Made by a program: the position numbers and the translations under genes. A model generated the notes under the pieces. That model worked only from the letters and a program-made list of their open reading frames with translations, had not been told where the DNA came from and did no database searches. Below are positions 27,114 to 32,000 of a stretch of 32,000 nt of DNA, piece after piece. Source of the DNA: Pseudothioglobus sp. nBUS_23 (GTDB lineage Bacteria > Pseudomonadota > Gammaproteobacteria > PS1 > Pseudothioglobaceae); the NCBI RefSeq assembly GCF_051201565.1, contig NZ_CP179200.1, forward strand, positions 690,001 through 722,000, in the 5' to 3' direction. Numbering within the stretch: the stretch's first letter is position 1; each line of letters begins with the position of its first letter.

Positions 27114-27752
27114 TTAGCTTGACAGCATTTTATCAATCAACTTTTCAATGCCTTGACGCTTTATTTTAGAGTCATACCCAATTTTTTCTATATCTAAAAT
27201 ACTAATGGATTGATATTCTAGATCATAAAGTTTCCAACTTTCTTTGTTGATTAATTTAAGAGTTACTGTTGCGCTTGCATTGGCGTCATCTTCAAGCGAG
27301 ATTGAAACTTTAACTCTTGCAGTGTTGCCATTTTGACTAAAGTTGTCATCAACAAAAATGTTGATTTCCTCCCACTGATTAATCTCAGCAAGGATACCAA
27401 CATACTCATCAATGAGTGAATTTTTAATATCTCTTTCAAATATTTTTCTCTGTTGAGTATCCAGTTGATTCCAATAGTCCCCCAAAGCTATTTCAGTGCT
27501 GTGTTCTAGGTCAATAAAGGGGATGATTTTCTTTTTCGCTAGATTCATAGTGGATTTGATTGATCCGCCACTATTTTGATTCAGATCAATAAAGGAGCAA
27601 ACAACGTCATTGAGAATTGCTTCAACCTGCTCTGGCGCTGAAGTGCCAGCAGCTTTGGGTGAAATGGAGGGACATAGGGTTGCGGCATGTATTATTCCGA
27701 TAAAGAGAAAGTTTATCAAGAATGCCTTTAAAATATTAAGGACAATTTTCAT
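27114..27752 (-). CDS. mlaC: MlaC-like (Ttg2D/toluene-tolerance family) periplasmic lipid-binding protein
   Basis: Signal peptide plus MlaC-type blocks (IALGDYWNQLDTQQRKIFERDIKNSLIDEYVGIL, WKLYDLEYQSISIL..., IEKLIDKM). Confidence 0.6.
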   Translation of the reverse strand: MKIVLNILKAFLINFLFIGIIHAATLCPSISPKAAGTSAPEQVEAILNDVVCSFIDLNQNSGGSIKSTMNLAKKKIIPFIDLEHSTEIALGDYWNQLDTQQRKIFERDIKNSLIDEYVGILAEINQWEEINIFVDDNFSQNGNTARVKVSISLEDDANASATVTLKLINKESWKLYDLEYQSISILDIEKIGYDSKIKRQGIEKLIDKMLSS

Positions 27753-27772
27753 GACGCTATTGTACTATAACT

Positions 27773-29584
27773 GTGAAAAAAATAAGTGAAATGCAAAACC
27801 AAAATCTAAAATTAAAACTAAAAAATTTGACAAGAGAATCTGGCGTCTACAAGATGCTTGATAAATCAGGAAATGTCATCTATGTTGGCAAGGCAAAAAA
27901 CTTAAAGAATCGTGTTTCAAATTACTTTAATAAGTCGTCTCAGGATGAAAAAACGCAATTGCTCCAAAAGAATATTCATGATTTTTCAATCACAATAACC
28001 AAAACAGAAACACAGGCGCTTCTCCTAGAGAACGATCTCATCAAACAGTACAAGCCTAAATACAATATCCTGCTTAAAGACTCCAAGAGTTACCCATATA
28101 TCTATATCAGCAATGATAAACATCCAAGGCTTGGCATGTTTAGGGGAAAGAAGAACAAGGACTACCATTATTTTGGACCTTATCCATCCAAGTATGCAGC
28201 AAGGGACGCGCTTGCTCTTCTAAAAAAAATCTTCAAAGTGAGGCAATGTAACAACAGTTTTTATAGGGCACGATCGCGCCCATGCCTAGAGTATCAAATT
28301 GGCCTTTGTAGTGCTCCATGCGTTGGAAAAATTTCAGATGAAAGGTATGATCAAGATGTACAGTTGGTCAGCCTCTTTTTGAATGGAAAATCAACAAAGC
28401 TTTTGAATGAGGTCTCCAAAAAAATGAAGGATGCCTCTAGTCATTTAGACTTTGAAGCAGCAGCAAGCTATAGAGATCAGCTCATTAACCTCAGAACCAT
28501 CCAAGAAAGGCACAGCTCTCAGTTCACATCTGACATGGATGTCTTGAGTATCGTCAAAGATTCTAATGTGCACTGCATTGAAATTGTATTTGTAAGGTCT
28601 GGTAAGCAGATTGGTAGTGAAACCTTCTTTCCGAAAAATGTAAAAAATGACTCTAATGAAACAGTGCTGGGTGCATTTTTGCCTTTGTATTACCTTGGAA
28701 AGAATACACCTAAAGAGATAGTCATCAGCCATAAGCTGAATGACAAATCTCTTCTAGAAAAGGGCCTTTCGACAAAGCTCATCCATCTTCCAAGGGTTGA
28801 TAAAAAACATTTCCTTGAATTGGCCACATTAAATGCTAAAGAGAATCTAAAGCAGCGCCTTTTACTGAAATTCACTAAAAAGAAACAGCTCGAGGCAATT
28901 CAAAAAATTCTAGCTTTAAAAAAACTACCAGAGGTCATGGAGTGCTTTGATATTAGTCATACAATGGGAGAGGCAACTACGGCCTCATGTGTTGTCTTTG
29001 AAAAGGGTGCTCCCAAGACGAGTGAGTACAGACAGTTCAATATTAAGGACATTACTCCGGGTGATGACTATGCTGCGATTAACCAAGCAGTATATAGAAG
29101 ATATTCTAGGATTCAAGAAGCACAAAAAGAGATGCCGGATATTGTGTTCATTGATGGCGGACTGGGTCAGCTCAATCAAGCCATCATGGTGATGAACTCT
29201 ATCGGAATCGACAATGTTCTATTGGTTGGTATTGCAAAGGGTGAGGGAAGAAAGTCAGGCCTTGAAACACTCATTACAGTTGAGGGGGAAAAGGTTAAAA
29301 AGATAAACTTGCCGCCTTTTGATCCGGCTCTTCTTTTAATCAATCATATCAGAGATGAATCTCATCGCTTTGCTATTAAAAACCATCGTAAAAAAAGAGC
29401 CAAGAAAAGAACGAAGTCATCTCTGGAGTCGATCAAGGGCGTCGGCACCAATAAAAGGAGCGCACTCTTGAATCATTTTGGCGGCATTCAAGAAATTGAA
29501 AATGCAAGCATTGACGAACTTCAAAAAGTAGTCGGCATTAATCTTAAATTAGCGACTAAAATACGAGAATCTTTAAAGAAATAA
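27773..29584 (+). CDS. uvrC: Excinuclease ABC subunit C
   Basis: GIY-YIG N-terminus (GVYKMLDKSGNVIYVGKAKNLKNRVSNYF), a UVR domain, the endonuclease domain and a C-terminal HhH2. The track start is a GTG at 27773; an ATG is at 27791. Confidence 0.95.
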   Translation: MKKISEMQNQNLKLKLKNLTRESGVYKMLDKSGNVIYVGKAKNLKNRVSNYFNKSSQDEKTQLLQKNIHDFSITITKTETQALLLENDLIKQYKPKYNILLKDSKSYPYIYISNDKHPRLGMFRGKKNKDYHYFGPYPSKYAARDALALLKKIFKVRQCNNSFYRARSRPCLEYQIGLCSAPCVGKISDERYDQDVQLVSLFLNGKSTKLLNEVSKKMKDASSHLDFEAAASYRDQLINLRTIQERHSSQFTSDMDVLSIVKDSNVHCIEIVFVRSGKQIGSETFFPKNVKNDSNETVLGAFLPLYYLGKNTPKEIVISHKLNDKSLLEKGLSTKLIHLPRVDKKHFLELATLNAKENLKQRLLLKFTKKKQLEAIQKILALKKLPEVMECFDISHTMGEATTASCVVFEKGAPKTSEYRQFNIKDITPGDDYAAINQAVYRRYSRIQEAQKEMPDIVFIDGGLGQLNQAIMVMNSIGIDNVLLVGIAKGEGRKSGLETLITVEGEKVKKINLPPFDPALLLINHIRDESHRFAIKNHRKKRAKKRTKSSLESIKGVGTNKRSALLNHFGGIQEIENASIDELQKVVGINLKLATKIRESLKK

Positions 29585-29593
29585 CTTGAATCT

Positions 29594-29773
29594 ATGTTTA
29601 TATTAAGACTTCTAATTGCAGCGCTCATTGTTAGCTATCTTATCTGGTTATTCAATACCCGCGTCATGGGTAAAAATATTGCACTATCTAAAATTGCGAC
29701 CTGGGTGCTGAGCGCAACTTTTGTAATCTTTCTAGTGCTTTCTGGCCTGTCCTATCTGGTAGAAGGATCCTAG
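29594..29773 (+). CDS. Possible 59-aa two-TM small membrane protein (not in the ORF track)
   Basis: ATG at 29594 to TAG at 29771-29773. Translation: MFILRLLIAALIVSYLIWLFNTRVMGKNIALSKIATWVLSATFVIFLVLSGLSYLVEGS. Two clear hydrophobic helices. It fills an otherwise empty 185-bp gap. No obvious SD. Confidence 0.3.
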   Translation: MFILRLLIAALIVSYLIWLFNTRVMGKNIALSKIATWVLSATFVIFLVLSGLSYLVEGS

Positions 29774-30315
29774 GACTTATTCGATAGTACCAAGGTTTTA
29801 AGGTGCTTTGTACTGCTAATGATTCTGTTGGTTGCGTTGACTATAATAGATAATCTAGATACCTCCCAAACTGGTAGGTCTCTCATATGGTCCCCCATAT
29901 AGTCAAAGTTTTTCTCGCCAAATCGCTCCACCAATGTATCAGCCTTATTTTGGCTAGATAAATTAAAGTCTTTATTGGTGGCCATGACGTCATCAAAGAT
30001 CTTGAGGTGTTTTGCCACAGCAAATGCATAGTTTTTGTGAGATGCCGTTGCAAGAACAATTTGACATCCTTGTTTTTTGCGCTCCATAATATAGCTGATA
30101 ACGTTATCGTTATAAGGCAGTTCGGGAATATTAATCTCAAATCTTCTGACGAGTTGATCTTTTAAAAACCCTTTTCCTTTTGACAGCCAAAAAAGATAAT
30201 GACCTAAAAGCCATGGCCTCTTAGTGAGAACGCCGAGCGATGATAAAAACAATAGGTCCGTATCGATAAGGGTGTGATCCAGATCGACAATTAACGGAAG
30301 GTTGTCATTGTCCAC
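29770..30315 (-). CDS. HAD superfamily (subfamily IB-like) hydrolase
   Basis: Motif I is IVDLDHTLIDTD. A later ATAS block and a GD..D-type acidic motif (YMGDHMRD) are present. 11-bp overlap with the uup end. Confidence 0.65.
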   Translation of the reverse strand: MDNDNLPLIVDLDHTLIDTDLLFLSSLGVLTKRPWLLGHYLFWLSKGKGFLKDQLVRRFEINIPELPYNDNVISYIMERKKQGCQIVLATASHKNYAFAVAKHLKIFDDVMATNKDFNLSSQNKADTLVERFGEKNFDYMGDHMRDLPVWEVSRLSIIVNATNRIISSTKHLKTLVLSNKS

Positions 30316-32000
30316 TGTCTAGTTCACTCCATTTGTCATAAAGCAGTTCTAATTCTTGTTCCATAGACCTCAGGTTAATCGTTAAGTTTTGGGCGTCTGG
30401 GTTCTGATAAAAGTCTGGATCAGAGAGTAATTTCTGAGCCATAGAAATCTCGTTCTCTAAATCTTCGATATTTCCAGGTAAAGATTTTAATAGTTGCTGG
30501 TCATTGTATGAAAGCTTTTGAGAAGATTTTTTAGGTTTGGCTTTGGCGCTTTGTTGTTCAGAGGGTTTAGATTTATTGTTATCTTTCTGAAGGATATAGT
30601 CGTCATACCCGCCATTGTACTGTTCAATAATCGCGTTGCCCTCCATCACAATAGTTGAGCTGACGATGTTATTCAAAAATGTACGGTCATGAGATATGAG
30701 TATTAAGGTGCCCTCATAATCGACCAGCATCTCCTCTAATAACTCAAGCGTTTCAACATCTAGGTCATTCGTGGGCTCATCCAGAACCAGAAGGTTGGCG
30801 GGCTGAGATAAAATTTTTGCAAGCATTAATCGGTTTTTCTCACCTCCAGAAAACATCTTGATTGGAGCCATGGCTTGTTTTCCAGTAAACAAAAACTGTC
30901 TCAAATAGCCAATGACATGCTTACTCTTTCCGTTGATGTCAATATAGTCTTTTCCACCGGATACAAAATCCATCGCCTTTACGTTTGGATCAAGCGTCTC
31001 TCTCATTTGATCAAAGTAGGCGAGTTGAATTGTTTTTGATCTTCTGATATTGCCTTTGTTCGGTTTTAACTCATCGAGTAGAAGTTTAATGAGTGTTGAC
31101 TTACCGGATCCATTGCCGCCTATAATTCCAATTTTCTCTCCTTTTAAGACGAGAAGAGAAAACTCTTTTACGAGCTCAAGTTCTTTAATCGAGTAGCTTA
31201 TATTTTTAACTTCAAACACAATTTTTGATACTCGTTTTTCATCCTCCAAGGTATGAATCTTGACATTACCTTGCCTTTTGCGAGTGTTAATAAACTTTTT
31301 TCGCATGGCCTCAAGCGCTCTCACTCTGCCCTCATTTCGAGTTCTTCTTGCCTTAATGCCTTGACGTATCCATGCCTCCTCTTGAGCTAGTTTTTTGTTG
31401 AACCGCGCATTTTCAAGTTCTTCACTATTGAGAAGGTTTTCCTTTCGCTTCAGATAGTCCTGATAGCCGCAGTCAAAGATTGATAGTCTGCCTCTATCAA
31501 GATCAAAAATTTTATTTACAATGCCCTTAACAAAGGAGCGATCGTGACTGATGAGTAGGAGAGTGCCATGAAAATCTTTGAGCATTTTCTCAAGATCCAA
31601 GATGGCTGTTATATCCATATGGTTGGTAGGCTCATCCAGAAGAAGAATGTCTGGCTCCTGAATAATAGCTTTAGCAAGCATTACCCTTCTTTTCCAGCCA
31701 CCTGAGAGTGTTGAGAGCTGAGTGTCAGATTTGAGTTGAAATCGGTTTAAAATTGTATCAATTTTGTGGAGGTAGTGCCATAAATCCTGGCTTTCGATCT
31801 GCTCTTGAAGTCGAGAGCTTTTTGATTCATTTCCCTCTTTCAGGGCGTCGTGGTAACTTGCAAGGATTTTTCCAGTATCGCCAAGTCCGTGAGCAACTAT
31901 ATTAAAAAGGGTGTCGCTATTGTCTTCTGGTGGTTGCTGCTCTAGGTAGCTAATGGTTGTTCTATTCTGTATTTTTAAGTCACCATCATCTGCTGAAATG
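30305..32000 (-). CDS. uup: ABC-F family ATPase Uup, truncated at its 5' end by the window
   Basis: Two ABC cassettes and a C-terminal coiled-coil tail (KLSYNDQQLLKSLPGNIEDLENEISMAQKLL). I translated the frame upstream of Met 31681 by hand. It stays open to 32000 and includes the first-cassette signature LSTLSGGWKRRV, so Met 31681 is internal. Confidence 0.85.
   Translation of the reverse strand, partial: ISADDGDLKIQNRTTISYLEQQPPEDNSDTLFNIVAHGLGDTGKILASYHDALKEGNESKSSRLQEQIESQDLWHYLHKIDTILNRFQLKSDTQLSTLSGGWKRRVMLAKAIIQEPDILLLDEPTNHMDITAILDLEKMLKDFHGTLLLISHDRSFVKGIVNKIFDLDRGRLSIFDCGYQDYLKRKENLLNSEELENARFNKKLAQEEAWIRQGIKARRTRNEGRVRALEAMRKKFINTRKRQGNVKIHTLEDEKRVSKIVFEVKNISYSIKELELVKEFSLLVLKGEKIGIIGGNGSGKSTLIKLLLDELKPNKGNIRRSKTIQLAYFDQMRETLDPNVKAMDFVSGGKDYIDINGKSKHVIGYLRQFLFTGKQAMAPIKMFSGGEKNRLMLAKILSQPANLLVLDEPTNDLDVETLELLEEMLVDYEGTLILISHDRTFLNNIVSSTIVMEGNAIIEQYNGGYDDYILQKDNNKSKPSEQQSAKAKPKKSSQKLSYNDQQLLKSLPGNIEDLENEISMAQKLLSDPDFYQNPDAQNLTINLRSMEQELELLYDKWSELDSGQ

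Noticed and set aside
30305-31681. Uup start at Met 31681, as implied by the ORF track
   Set aside because: My manual translation upstream of 31681 stays open to 32000 and encodes the first ABC signature (LSGGWKRRV) and linker. That Met is internal, and the gene is truncated by the window edge.
1-32000. Defence islands, prophage or mobile elements
   Set aside because: I recognised no integrase, transposase, recombinase, restriction-modification, Cas, abortive-infection or phage structural genes in any frame. The only accessory-looking region is 5.9-8.3 kb.

Overview
This is a densely packed, low-GC chromosomal segment, nearly all coding, with many overlapping or abutting genes. Gene content and order suggest a streamlined marine Gamma- or Betaproteobacterium (inference): ugpBAEC, guaC, znuCB/znuA, ubiG-bcp, lepA, the divergent ypjD/ffh pair, mlaC-murA-hisG-hisD, uvrC and uup. 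I found no rRNA, tRNA, CRISPR array, integrase, transposase or recognisable defence genes, so most of the window is ordinary housekeeping DNA. Five things are worth a second look. (1) A compact divergent zinc-starvation locus at 8.3-13.6 kb: znuC-znuB, a COG0523 metallochaperone GTPase and a DUF1826-like ORF on one side, znuA and a MORN-variant protein with a C-terminal CSCC tail on the other. They share one 98-bp control region containing a perfect 19-bp palindrome. (2) ZnuA carries a near-perfect 27-bp tandem repeat, 10 copies plus a partial one, encoding (H/N)DDHDEHEG. This gives an unusually long His-rich loop. (3) A ~45-bp intergenic repeat family has four clear copies between 6.36 and 8.33 kb. 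It flanks small accessory genes, including a visibly lower-GC two-gene patch. (4) A secreted DUF4430-like protein is paired with a small six-TM membrane protein, a candidate corrinoid binding/uptake pair with no riboswitch. (5) Three tandem DMT/EamA transporters are followed by an orphan ABC ATPase. All family assignments come from reading the translated ORFs by eye; no searches were run.
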